A DNA stretch of 64,000 nucleotides from Pseudomonadota bacterium. Its GTDB lineage: Bacteria > Pseudomonadota > Gammaproteobacteria > Burkholderiales > JACQAP01. Under the pieces are notes generated by a model. It searched no databases. It was not told the origin of the DNA and saw only the letters and a list, made by a program, of their open reading frames with translations. The stretch covers positions 12,161-76,160 of the forward strand of contig JBBPIT010000001.1 of the NCBI GenBank assembly GCA_038040175.1, in the 5' to 3' direction. Made by a program: the position numbers and the translations under genes. Below are positions 45,887 to 55,326 of the stretch, one piece after another. Each line of letters begins with the position of its first letter. The first letter of the stretch is position 1.

Positions 45887-45920
45887 GTCGCTCTCTCTAT
45901 AATTTCCCTTGCGCCCCGAG
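45887..45920. repeat. Copy 2 of the 34-bp direct repeat (immediately after the GT4 stop codon)
   Basis: GTCGCTCTCTCTATAATTTCCCTTGCGCCCCGAG. Confidence 0.9.
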
Positions 45921-45922
45921 TA

Positions 45923-47164
45923 TCAGCACGCGCATCGCTTGCCTTCTTCAACTGTTTCGAAAATGCAGCGGCTCAGTCGCTGCAGAAGAATACCCCGTTC
46001 GTACTCTGCCTCAAAGTAGGCGCGACCGCGAACACCCAGCTGTTCACGCTCCTGCTTCGGCATGTCGTATAGCGCGAGCACGGCGGCAGCCAGCGCCTGC
46101 GGGTCCTCTGCCGGACAGGTCCGCCCGGCACCGGCTTCGTTCAGGATGCGGGCGCCTTCCCCGTCCAGGGCCGCGACGATCGGTCGTCCGCAGGCCAGAT
46201 ACGATTGCAGCTTGCTCGGGACCGTCATCGCGAAAACCGGGTCGCGTTTGAGGGTCACCAGCAGCACGTCGGCCAGCGCGAAGAAACGCGGCATCGACTC
46301 CGGCGCAAACCGGCCCAGAAAGTGGACTCGATCCTTGAGCCCCTGGAATTCGACTTCCGCAACCGCCGATTCGCGCATGCGCCCGTCCCCCAGCACCACC
46401 CACTGGATTTCCGGCAGGTCGCGCAAAAGTGTTGCCGCCTCGATGATGGTTTCAAAGCTCTGGGCCGCACCGATATTGCCGGCGAACACGACGCGAAAGC
46501 CGTCCGGCATCAGTTTGCGCTCGACAGCGTCCGCCTCGAGATTGACCTGCCGGTAGAAGCCCTCGGCGCTGTTGGGCAGGTAGACGACCTTCTCCTGCGG
46601 CGCGCCGAGGCGCAGGACCTGGCCCCGGAACGCCTGCGACTGGATCAGGATGCGGTCGCTGTGCCGATAGATGAATCGGACCATGCGCTCGACCAGCGAA
46701 AGGATCCAGGGAGTGCGCACCATACCGGTCGCCGAAAGACTTTCCGGCCACAAGTCCTGCACCCAGAACAAAACCGGGGTGCCCCGCAAACGCTTCAACA
46801 GCAAGGCCGGCAGTACCACCGTCACAGGCGACGGCTCGTAAACCAGTATCGCGTCGAACCGCTGCCGCATGCGCGGCAAACCAAGCACCACGCTCGTCAC
46901 CAGAAAAGACATGTAGTTCAGCACCAGCCGCAGCGCCCCGCCACCGCCGCGGGGGATCAGGGGCACGCGGTAAACCGGGATGCCGGAATAGTCGTCGCGA
47001 AACGGACCGAAGAAACCGTATCCCTTGAAGAATCGCCCCTCGGGATAATTCGGCAAGCCGGTGAGCACCACGACCTCATGGCCGAGATCCCGCAAGCCGC
47101 GTGCAACGTCGTTTATCCGAAACGTCTCGGGCCAGAAATACTGGCTCAACACCAACAAGTTCAT
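45923..47164 (-). CDS. Glycosyltransferase family 4 (WbuB/WcaI-like)
   Basis: MNLLVLSQYFWPETFRINDVARGLRDLGHEVVVLTGLPNYPEG.... Confidence 0.8.
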   Translation of the reverse strand: MNLLVLSQYFWPETFRINDVARGLRDLGHEVVVLTGLPNYPEGRFFKGYGFFGPFRDDYSGIPVYRVPLIPRGGGGALRLVLNYMSFLVTSVVLGLPRMRQRFDAILVYEPSPVTVVLPALLLKRLRGTPVLFWVQDLWPESLSATGMVRTPWILSLVERMVRFIYRHSDRILIQSQAFRGQVLRLGAPQEKVVYLPNSAEGFYRQVNLEADAVERKLMPDGFRVVFAGNIGAAQSFETIIEAATLLRDLPEIQWVVLGDGRMRESAVAEVEFQGLKDRVHFLGRFAPESMPRFFALADVLLVTLKRDPVFAMTVPSKLQSYLACGRPIVAALDGEGARILNEAGAGRTCPAEDPQALAAAVLALYDMPKQEREQLGVRGRAYFEAEYERGILLQRLSRCIFETVEEGKRCAC

Positions 47165-49584
47165 GAGATTTCATCCGCAGGCTTTGGGGCCAGTTCTTCA
47201 AGAGCGCTCAGGCGAGCCAGCAGGAGGCCCCAGATGAAGAATCCGACGATGCCCGGGTATGGTTGCCGCAGTCCGACCTTGAGCATGTTCTCGATGAGCA
47301 ACAAGTAAACGGCTGCGACCACCGTGCCCAGAAGAATTGGGGTGCAAAGCAGCTCGGAACGCCGGGCCCAAATCATTCGCGCTGTCATGAACATCAAGGC
47401 CATGATCGGCACCAGCGCCAAAACCCCAAAATTGTAAAGTCCGTCGAGCCAATAATTGTGCGCGCTGGGATGTTTGCTGCGGTCGGGTGGCGAAGCGTGG
47501 CCGAGAAGAAATGCAGAAGGCGATTCGACCACGCCGGCGGAATAGAAGCGCCAATGCTCAACCCGGTCGGTAACACTCAGAGGCGCGGCGTCCCTCCTCA
47601 GAGGCGCGGCGCCCATCTGCTCGCTACCCGCTGCGTTCAGATATTTCGATGCCAGCTCGGAACGCGCAACATATCCATACGTCACCCCAGCAACCAGGGC
47701 AATTGCGAGGGCCGCGATCGCCGAACGCTCTAACCGTCTCGCACGAAACTGCGCAAAAGCAAAAACCAACAGTCCGATGGTCAGCCCAGCCATCGCAACG
47801 AGCGAGCGCGAAGCCACGGTGTGAACCGCAAGCGCGGGAAGCAGCATGAGCAATGTCTTGTATTGCCATTCCTGCCGTCCCGACAGCGAAAATGCCGCCA
47901 TCAATCCGACGCTCACCATGACCGCAGGGAAATACTGCAAATGCTGGTAGATACTGAAGACATACAGCGATGGCGCAAGCAGCAGATAACCCTGTGCCCA
48001 AGTAGAAACCAGGTGCGCCGGAACGATCAACGTCAACACGACGAGCGCAGATCGCTCGAAAACTGGCTTGCTGGCGCTTTTTCCGTACATCTCGCCCAAT
48101 ACCAGCGCGAACATCGGCAAGAGGTACTGCGCGAGCAGAATCAGTTTCGCCCCCTCCTGTGCCGAATTGCCGTGCGCGACCGTAAGGGCCGTAAGGACAA
48201 AAAGAAGGGCTGAGAAAAACAGTACTGTCAACGTGCGCGTCGCGGCAGCGTAGTTTCCAAGGATCGCGATGCCTGCGAACAATGCCACCACCGACACCGG
48301 AAACGGCACGCGAGAAATGGCCCCACCCGTCTCAAAGACAAACGCGGGGTCGCGAAACAGTCCGCCGCTCAGCTGAAAAAAAACCGGGAGCACCAACAAG
48401 AACCCCAGGACCGACATCGTCGGCGTGCGGTGGCGCGCGAACCATCCCCACTGACGTCCGGCTCCAAACAGGAACAGCAAACTCAAGCACGCGCTCAATG
48501 CGTACAAACCCGCCAGCGAACGCGGTCCAAGCACATAATAGACGAAAGGCACACACGTTGCGATCAGGGCGTTGGCGAGCAGGTCGGGGCCGAAAACAAC
48601 GCGCCCGTCTGCGCGTTGAATCAATGAAGTGCGCAACGAGGTCGCCACGACCATAATCGCCCCGCCGGCAATCGAAAAGCCGACGGCGAGCCAGAAGGTC
48701 ATGGATCGTGCAGTTGCCGCCATCCATGCCGGCCAACCGATGGTCGCCGCGATGACAACACCGGCTAGCAACAGCATCAGGGCTGGAACCACGAGAAGCT
48801 TTCTCGGCAGTCCGGTTGCACCGTATCGCCGAGCCAATGTGGGCGCCAGCGCTTGTCCGTAGATGGTTGGAACGATCCCGCCGAGTGCAAACGCGGTAAA
48901 GAGCTCACCGGCAAGGGACCTGCCTACGAGCAATGCGATCGAGATGCGAAACACGTAGGCGCTCGTCCCGATGATCGCGGTTGAGCCAAAGTGGGGCAAC
49001 AAAGATCGCCAGCCAAGCGTCGAATGGCGCAAGCGAGTCGTCAGCCCGGCGTTCTTGTATGCAAGAAGCGGAACCAATGCCCAAGGAATCGCGGCAAGGG
49101 CCGCGTCCACATTCGCGGATAGAGGCAGAGCGGCGCAGAGCGCGAAGGAGGTAATCTCTGCGACGATGCTGCGCAATGCATATTGAGTCTGTCCATGCCG
49201 TTCATGCTGCGCCAACGAGATCTCGCCTACCCATTCCGCCACCCGGCGCAAAATGAGCACCAACGCAAGCGACGCGGTGGCGCCACCGATTCCAACGCTG
49301 AGAATGTATGCCGCCAGCGATAGCGGAACGACCAGGATCAGGCGGGTCCGCAGAATGCTCGCCGCCATCGAATCTGCGGCGTCCGAAAGCACAAGATTGC
49401 GCGCGTTGGCGGAAAACGCGTAGAACAGAGCGAGAGTTGCTCCTTGGACAATGCCAACGTCGGCAGCCAGCTCTGTAGCCCCCCCAAGACCAAACACCAA
49501 CAACAGTGCGGTCACGGAGAAGGAGTTAAGCAACGCTGCCGCGGGGAATACGAGCATAGGACTCCTTAAACTCACGGGTCTCAA
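47161..49584 (-). CDS. 807-aa polytopic membrane protein with a C-terminal O-antigen polymerase/ligase (Wzy_C)-like half and a multi-TM N-terminal half of unknown type
   Basis: More than 20 hydrophobic segments. C-terminal loop RVEHWRFYSAG...LLGHASPPDRSKHPSAHNYWLDGLYNFGVLALV. Confidence 0.55.
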   Translation of the reverse strand: MRPVSLRSPMLVFPAAALLNSFSVTALLLVFGLGGATELAADVGIVQGATLALFYAFSANARNLVLSDAADSMAASILRTRLILVVPLSLAAYILSVGIGGATASLALVLILRRVAEWVGEISLAQHERHGQTQYALRSIVAEITSFALCAALPLSANVDAALAAIPWALVPLLAYKNAGLTTRLRHSTLGWRSLLPHFGSTAIIGTSAYVFRISIALLVGRSLAGELFTAFALGGIVPTIYGQALAPTLARRYGATGLPRKLLVVPALMLLLAGVVIAATIGWPAWMAATARSMTFWLAVGFSIAGGAIMVVATSLRTSLIQRADGRVVFGPDLLANALIATCVPFVYYVLGPRSLAGLYALSACLSLLFLFGAGRQWGWFARHRTPTMSVLGFLLVLPVFFQLSGGLFRDPAFVFETGGAISRVPFPVSVVALFAGIAILGNYAAATRTLTVLFFSALLFVLTALTVAHGNSAQEGAKLILLAQYLLPMFALVLGEMYGKSASKPVFERSALVVLTLIVPAHLVSTWAQGYLLLAPSLYVFSIYQHLQYFPAVMVSVGLMAAFSLSGRQEWQYKTLLMLLPALAVHTVASRSLVAMAGLTIGLLVFAFAQFRARRLERSAIAALAIALVAGVTYGYVARSELASKYLNAAGSEQMGAAPLRRDAAPLSVTDRVEHWRFYSAGVVESPSAFLLGHASPPDRSKHPSAHNYWLDGLYNFGVLALVPIMALMFMTARMIWARRSELLCTPILLGTVVAAVYLLLIENMLKVGLRQPYPGIVGFFIWGLLLARLSALEELAPKPADEIS

Positions 49585-49625
49585 CCCAATGACTTGTCAT
49601 CTAGCAGGACGTTACTCGGTGCCTT

Positions 49626-51050
49626 TCATTCTCTGTCCGTTCGCAAAGATGAATGTGACAGCAATTTGTCGGCCACAAAAATGATCAGCACGTTGAGAAA
49701 AAGTGATCCGAAGAGCAGATACGACTGCGCTGGAACGTAGCCAAAGCTCGCAAATCTGAATGCGACCACTTGCGCCAGAAGTGAGCAAAGAATCACGTTT
49801 GCACCGCCCAACTTGTACACAATCACTTCGATTCCCGCTGCTGCTGCGCCAAGCGCCACCATGCACGCTAAGAGAAAAAGAAACGATCCGGGATAAAAAC
49901 AAAATGCGATGACGCCAGGAAGCGAGATGTAGTGGTGCTTCGTCTTGTCCGTATTGACATATGGCGATTCGATGAGATGCATGTCGTAGAAACTTGTCGC
50001 AGTCTCCAAGTACTTTTCTCTCCACGCCTCACGCCAGAGATCCCAACCCAGCTTTGGCGAACTCGACACCGCCATCACGCCTTCGATGCCCACCCACCGG
50101 TCGATGAACAGGGGAGTGGTCATGCCCCTAACATGGACTTGCGCTTCGGTTACGTCCAGCGTCACCGCAGCCGAAGATAGCCACTCCTGGAACGTCGGCG
50201 AGCGCATGAAATTCACGGCGAATAACGACACCGCAAACAGAACCGCGAAAGCAAGTGCGAAGATTGAAACCGCTGCGATATTCAGCTTTGATTTTTGCGC
50301 CACTAGCGATATATACGCGCCATAGAACAATGCGCTGATGTTCAGGATCATGCCTCTGCTCAACAACGATACGTTGGACAGGAAGCCTTCAATCAAGGCG
50401 GGAAAAGCGGCCATCCAGGTCGCGTTCCGGGAAATCTCGATCTCGAAGCGAATGATCAACGCCGAGACTGACGCCAGTCCAAATTGCAGCAGCCACTTGT
50501 AGACGCCGTTCAGCCCGTAGGGCAGAACGGTCTGCGTGATTGCCCCTCGCTGATAAATGCCGAAATAGGTATTGGTGACGGCAACCGTGGCAACCAAGAC
50601 CAGAAACACAAACACCACTGCCTTCCGGTGCTGCCGGTAGAAATGGAATAGACCTGACTGCGAACACTCGGCAGGGCGATCCGTATATGTGAAGAATCTT
50701 TCCCTGGCCAAGGTTGCCATGATCAGGCCGAGCATCCCGCAAGACGCAACAAGAAGCGCGCGATCAAAGGAAGGCCCCGAACCGTCGAAGGCCCCGACCG
50801 ACGCGTGAAACAAACCATTTGTGTAGGCAACCCGAATCGAAAGCTTCAGCCAGAAACCGAGCCAGAAGAAGACGCCGATGAATACGTCGAAAAAGATCGC
50901 CCTCTTTCGGAACCCCAGGAACAGCAACGCGTTGGACACAATCGTGAACAACAAATACACATAGCCCTGCCCCGCATACTTCATGTAGACAGCGGCTGAC
51001 AAGGCCACAATCGCGACTGAAAAAAACGTAAGGAAAAGTCTAAAAAGCAT
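49626..51050 (-). CDS. Hypothetical polytopic membrane protein (474 aa), lower GC
   Basis: ORF 49626..51350 trimmed to MLFRLFLTFFSVAIVALSAAVYM (ATG at 51050). About 12 TM segments and one large loop. No family recognised. Confidence 0.45.
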   Translation of the reverse strand: MLFRLFLTFFSVAIVALSAAVYMKYAGQGYVYLLFTIVSNALLFLGFRKRAIFFDVFIGVFFWLGFWLKLSIRVAYTNGLFHASVGAFDGSGPSFDRALLVASCGMLGLIMATLARERFFTYTDRPAECSQSGLFHFYRQHRKAVVFVFLVLVATVAVTNTYFGIYQRGAITQTVLPYGLNGVYKWLLQFGLASVSALIIRFEIEISRNATWMAAFPALIEGFLSNVSLLSRGMILNISALFYGAYISLVAQKSKLNIAAVSIFALAFAVLFAVSLFAVNFMRSPTFQEWLSSAAVTLDVTEAQVHVRGMTTPLFIDRWVGIEGVMAVSSSPKLGWDLWREAWREKYLETATSFYDMHLIESPYVNTDKTKHHYISLPGVIAFCFYPGSFLFLLACMVALGAAAAGIEVIVYKLGGANVILCSLLAQVVAFRFASFGYVPAQSYLLFGSLFLNVLIIFVADKLLSHSSLRTDRE

Positions 51051-51105
51051 GTTCACTCGCACTGGAAGGTGAATTCGCGGGAGGTATCCCTTTGGAACTC
51101 GTCGG

Positions 51106-51408
51106 TCACGACGCCAGAAGCTGCGCGTAGATTTCCCTGTAACGCTCCGCTTGGATTCACCAGAGAAAGCGCTGGCGCACCAGTGCTTCCAATCGCCGAG
51201 CGCGGTCACGCAACGCCGACTCGTCCGACAGCGCTGACAACAGGCTCTCAGCCAAGGCCTCCCCCGCCCCGACAAAGCGCCTTTTCCCCTGCTCCGCAAA
51301 TGCCTGCGCAAGCGCATGAACCTCGAAGCCGCGATCGAGCAAGGGCGCAAGGCAATGGCGTCCGATGAAGCCGGCGGCGCCCGTGATGAGTACTCGTCTC
51401 ATGACCAT
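51106..51408 (-). pseudogene. Chimeric relic: N-terminus of an SDR epimerase fused to the C-terminus of a GT4-type glycosyltransferase, plus an in-frame TGA
   Basis: MVMRRVLITGAAGFIGRHCLAPLLDRGFEVHALA | QAFAEQGKRRFVGAGEALAESLLSALSDESALRDRARRLEALVRQRFLW*IQAERYREIYAQLLAS*. Confidence 0.5.
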
Positions 51409-51435
51409 GCGGTGACTGGCTCAGATTACATGACT

Positions 51436-52515
51436 TCACGGCGGTCCGCCGCCCCGCAAGTAAAGGCGCAGCCGCACGATGGTCCAGCCTAATACGCGGT
51501 TCACCAGCGTCGGCCAGATGTCGAAAGGCCTGAGGATCAGGAACGCGCAACCCAACCTGATTGTTCGCAGGCTCGCCGGAATCAACCGGCCCACAATGCC
51601 TAACGCTATACGCTTCCACCCTGCCACTCTCGCAGCAACATCGGGGAACAGCCCGCCACTCGACGCGCGTATTGCCGCGAAGCGGTAGCGCGAGGCCGTG
51701 CGCTCGAAAAACCTGCCACTGAAAAGGCGCGGCGACAGCTTGGGGCCGCGCGCTCGTAGCTGCTCAAGCATCGTCTCAAGCCCAGCGATGTCTTTCAGGG
51801 CGCTTGAGGAATAACTCCCGGCATGGATCCGGATTGCGGCAAACGGTTCGGGTGTATAGGCGGCCCCTCGCAGACTTGCCACCACCAACGCCGTGAACAG
51901 ATCCGCAGGCGCCCCATAGGCGGGGTTAAAACCGCCCGCCGCCCGCAAGGTATCGCGGTGGTAGATTAGCGTGGCCCCGGTAAACCAGTTGCCAAGACGG
52001 TGTGCCAGCTTCACGCAGCGCTCCGGCGGCAGAAAAGCCTCGTTCAAGGAAACTATCGGGGATGGGTGCAGGCGAATCGGCCGGTCCTCCTCGTCCACCA
52101 GCCACGACATCGCGGACCACAACCCGGCAGTCGGTGAGCGTGCCAGGCAGGCCTTGGCTCGCATGAAGATGCCGGGCAGAACAAAATCATTTGCGGACAG
52201 CAGCAGGACGTATTCACTACGCGCGCGTTCCAACGAATCATTGACCGTGCGGTTTGTCCCTATGTTCACGGGGTTGACGACGAGCCGGGCGTGCGGGTTT
52301 CCCCGAATCAGGGGCTCGATAACTGCAATGCTGTTATCCGTAGACGCGTCGTCCACGACGATCAGTTCCTCCGGCGGCGTCGCCTGGTCGAGTATCGAGC
52401 GGATGCAGCGCGCAAGATAGCGCGAGTCGTTTCGATTCGGCACGATCACCGCGATTCCGGGCGTTGCCGTATCTGGCGGTCGCCGCGACGCAATCGGATC
52501 CACGGCGCGAATCAC
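51436..52515 (-). CDS. Glycosyltransferase family 2
   Basis: Starts at the GTG at 52515 (GTGA overlap). IAVIVPNRNDSRYLARCIRSILDQATPPEELIVVDDASTDNS. Confidence 0.7.
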   Translation of the reverse strand: MIRAVDPIASRRPPDTATPGIAVIVPNRNDSRYLARCIRSILDQATPPEELIVVDDASTDNSIAVIEPLIRGNPHARLVVNPVNIGTNRTVNDSLERARSEYVLLLSANDFVLPGIFMRAKACLARSPTAGLWSAMSWLVDEEDRPIRLHPSPIVSLNEAFLPPERCVKLAHRLGNWFTGATLIYHRDTLRAAGGFNPAYGAPADLFTALVVASLRGAAYTPEPFAAIRIHAGSYSSSALKDIAGLETMLEQLRARGPKLSPRLFSGRFFERTASRYRFAAIRASSGGLFPDVAARVAGWKRIALGIVGRLIPASLRTIRLGCAFLILRPFDIWPTLVNRVLGWTIVRLRLYLRGGGPP

Positions 52516-53438
52516 TTTCTGCCGTCCTGGGCGGCGAAATACGACTGCACCGCGGCCCGGGCCACTTCGCCGGCGGCGCGAAAGGGTGTGCCGAAATCGG
52601 CCTTGAACCGGTCCGAGCGAAGCGAGGTATCGAGGGGGCGCGGCTCCAGCAGGTCCGGAATATCCCGCAATGAACAATCGATGATCTCTGCGACCGGCGT
52701 AGCGAATTTGCGGTACTCGTCGATCACGGCGCCAAGCAGCACACGCCGGCTCAGGCGCTCGGGCCCGCCAAGGTGATACAGGCCCTGCGCCTGTGCCTGC
52801 ACCAGCTGCGCGATGGTCCGCGCGGCATCCGGCGCCGCCGCCGGGGTGAAATACTGGTCGGTCGCGCAGAGGATCCGCTTCCTGCGCCCGAGCCCCTCGA
52901 CCCAGCCGCTAAGAAAGCAGCGCGCATTGCGCTCCGGAGAGATCAGCTTTGGCAGGCGAACGACGATCCACGGCGGAGGAAGCGCTGCCAGGTGGCGTTC
53001 GACCTCGAGCTTCTGCCTGCCGTAAGTTAGGATGGGGATCGGTTCGTCGTCCTCGGACCAGTACGCGCGGCTGCCGTCGAAGACCGCGTCGCTGGAAACG
53101 AACACCGGCATGATGCCGAGCGCGCGCGCGTCGTCGATCACCCGGATAATGCCGCGCACGTTGACCTCGGCGGAACCGGCCGGATCGCGCGCGCAGGCGT
53201 CGATGTTGGTGATGCCGAGCAAAATAACCGCAGCGGCCGGTTTGGATGGAAGACGGGAAACCAGATCCGCAGCGGGGGTGCTGCAAGCGTCGAAATAGAG
53301 GCTCCCTGCGCTGGCGTGGCTGAAATGGGTCGCCACCGCGCCCGATGAGCCGAATGCCTCGCATAGCGCCGGGCCGAAAAAACCGGAAGCGCCGAGCAAT
53401 AACACAGACGGGCCTTTACCGTTTGGCTTCACGTCCAC
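52512..53438 (-). CDS. SDR-family nucleotide-sugar reductase/epimerase (RmlD-substrate-binding-like)
   Basis: VLLLGASGFFGPAL...VFVSSDAVFDGSRAYWSEDD...TYGRQKLEVE. Confidence 0.6.
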   Translation of the reverse strand: MDVKPNGKGPSVLLLGASGFFGPALCEAFGSSGAVATHFSHASAGSLYFDACSTPAADLVSRLPSKPAAAVILLGITNIDACARDPAGSAEVNVRGIIRVIDDARALGIMPVFVSSDAVFDGSRAYWSEDDEPIPILTYGRQKLEVERHLAALPPPWIVVRLPKLISPERNARCFLSGWVEGLGRRKRILCATDQYFTPAAAPDAARTIAQLVQAQAQGLYHLGGPERLSRRVLLGAVIDEYRKFATPVAEIIDCSLRDIPDLLEPRPLDTSLRSDRFKADFGTPFRAAGEVARAAVQSYFAAQDGRK

Positions 53439-53637
53439 TTTCCGGCCGGAACCGTGCCCTTGTGAGAAAATGCTGGTTTCATCGAAAAGTGGCTGATACG
53501 TTGCTCCCGCGTCCAGCGCCCGATTTTACCAGTTAGGCCTCGGCTCTCTTTGCTGATCCACCAGAAACGATGCTGCTGCCCCATCACTGTCGTCAGGCGT
53601 TTCATGCGGCTCTCCACGGGGTAACTGAAAGGAATTC

Positions 53638-55230
53638 ATGACCGGCCGGAATTATTGCGCGGTATACGACTTTGGGTTGTTTCCTTATGCACTCGGGGAT
53701 GTTCTCACATGGAACGTGCAGACGGCGATCCGCTGCGAAGAGCTGGGCCGCGAGCAGGTGGACGCCTATATTTGCGTGGATGAGCGTCAACCGCCCAACA
53801 TTTTCCAGAAGGACCTCATCACCGCTGATAACTGCGGATTGTTTTTCAATGAGCTATTCGGCGCGTTCGGGACTCACCCGAAACCCGGGAACGTCTTCTT
53901 GTATCGTTGTCGCGAGGAAATGCTGGAACGGCTGCGCGAGGCATCCAGGGACGATGCGGCAAACTCGGAGGACTTGGCCGAGTACGAACGGGCACTGGCC
54001 GACTACGAGCGGGCGTTGGCAAACCGCGGGAATGGGCGGTCGGTGATGATCGGCTGGCCGGCCTTGATGATCGAGTATTTCACCAAGAGCATCCATTCCC
54101 ATGAGCGGATAAACGCCTACGCGGCGGCGCATGGCAGAATCCCGCTTTTGCGCCCGAGCATGGGCTGCGAGCCAGACATCACGGGATTGATCACAAAGCG
54201 ATTCGCCGGCAACAGGATCGTGGCGATTCAGATGCGGCTCCGCCGGCTCGATGCCGGATATGGCGCGGAGTTTACCTACTGGCGGGATTCGGATTTCCTG
54301 GAATGGTACGAGTTTCTCAAAGAGGCGGGGAAAACGCATCCGGACGTGCAGTTCGTGGTCATGGGCCGCCTGCAGGAGAAGCCGCTCGAGTTGCTGAGAC
54401 TGCCGAACGTCATCAGCCTTCGCACCCTGGGCCTGGGGCTCGGGCATGAACTGAGCCTGCTGTTGAGAAGCGACCTGTTTATCGGCACGTCCAGCGGTTT
54501 CGCCGCCCTGGCCAACTTCTCCGAGGTCCCCTATTTCATCACCAAGATGAACCCCGGGGCCTGCCGCGCTTTCGCGATTGCACCGGGGAGCGAGCGCCTG
54601 CCGTTCGCGGGCGAGCGCCAGATCCTAGTCTATGAGCCCGAAACCCACGACCTGTTGATGCGGCTGCTGGAGCGGGGATTGCAGGGCGTGCCGCCGCGCA
54701 GCGGCACCTCGGGTCCTACATCAGAAGAAGCCATCGACGCTCGAAGCTGGGAATGGGAGCAGTCTCAGTGGCTGCAACCCGGAGCGACCACCAATCGGTT
54801 TTTCACCGTCGACTGCTACAGTGACAAGGAGACTGCGTTCCTTGTCTGGCCCAGGATCAAGGAGGCAAGTGCCGCTTGGCGCAAGGGAATGAAGGATCGG
54901 GCCTGGACGGTTTTGCATCGTGTCGAAACCAGTTTTCCGCGCATGTGCGAAAGGTTTCCCGAGTTTCTTCGGCTCCGGGCAAAACTGGCGGCTGAGAGAA
55001 ACGAGCGGGAAATTCTGACTAGCTGCAAGGCAAACCTGAAAAAGCTGACCGTTCAAGGCAAGGGGTTTGCCGGTATCCCGACCATTCTGATGCGGCGCTG
55101 GCATTGGAGCTACCCGCTCAGAATGCGCGTGTGGAAGCGGCTCATTTATATCTGGGAACGCAAGCACAGGATTCCGGGGAAACTGGTGAGAATCCTGATG
55201 CGCCCCGCCCAGCGGCGAAGCGGGACTTGA
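53638..55230 (+). CDS. Hypothetical protein (530 aa), only plus-strand gene in the cluster, possible GT-B-like C-terminal region
   Basis: RBS AAAGGA. The segment LLLRSDLFIGTSSGFAALANFSEVPYFI resembles the donor-binding stretch of GT9-type enzymes. No confident family assignment. Confidence 0.45.
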   Translation: MTGRNYCAVYDFGLFPYALGDVLTWNVQTAIRCEELGREQVDAYICVDERQPPNIFQKDLITADNCGLFFNELFGAFGTHPKPGNVFLYRCREEMLERLREASRDDAANSEDLAEYERALADYERALANRGNGRSVMIGWPALMIEYFTKSIHSHERINAYAAAHGRIPLLRPSMGCEPDITGLITKRFAGNRIVAIQMRLRRLDAGYGAEFTYWRDSDFLEWYEFLKEAGKTHPDVQFVVMGRLQEKPLELLRLPNVISLRTLGLGLGHELSLLLRSDLFIGTSSGFAALANFSEVPYFITKMNPGACRAFAIAPGSERLPFAGERQILVYEPETHDLLMRLLERGLQGVPPRSGTSGPTSEEAIDARSWEWEQSQWLQPGATTNRFFTVDCYSDKETAFLVWPRIKEASAAWRKGMKDRAWTVLHRVETSFPRMCERFPEFLRLRAKLAAERNEREILTSCKANLKKLTVQGKGFAGIPTILMRRWHWSYPLRMRVWKRLIYIWERKHRIPGKLVRILMRPAQRRSGT

Positions 55231-55326
55231 GCCAGTTTATTTTCGATTCGGCTCCGACTAAGTGCCTTATGCCGCTGGAGGACAAAGAGGGGCTTCGTTG
55301 TTGCCCGCCTGGCCGTGGGTGGTCGC

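Noticed and set aside
51157-51408. 83-aa ORF as a functional short-chain dehydrogenase.
   Set aside because: It contains only the first beta-alpha-beta of a Rossmann fold, followed by an unrelated GT-like tail. It is too short to bind substrate, so it was interpreted as a deletion chimera.
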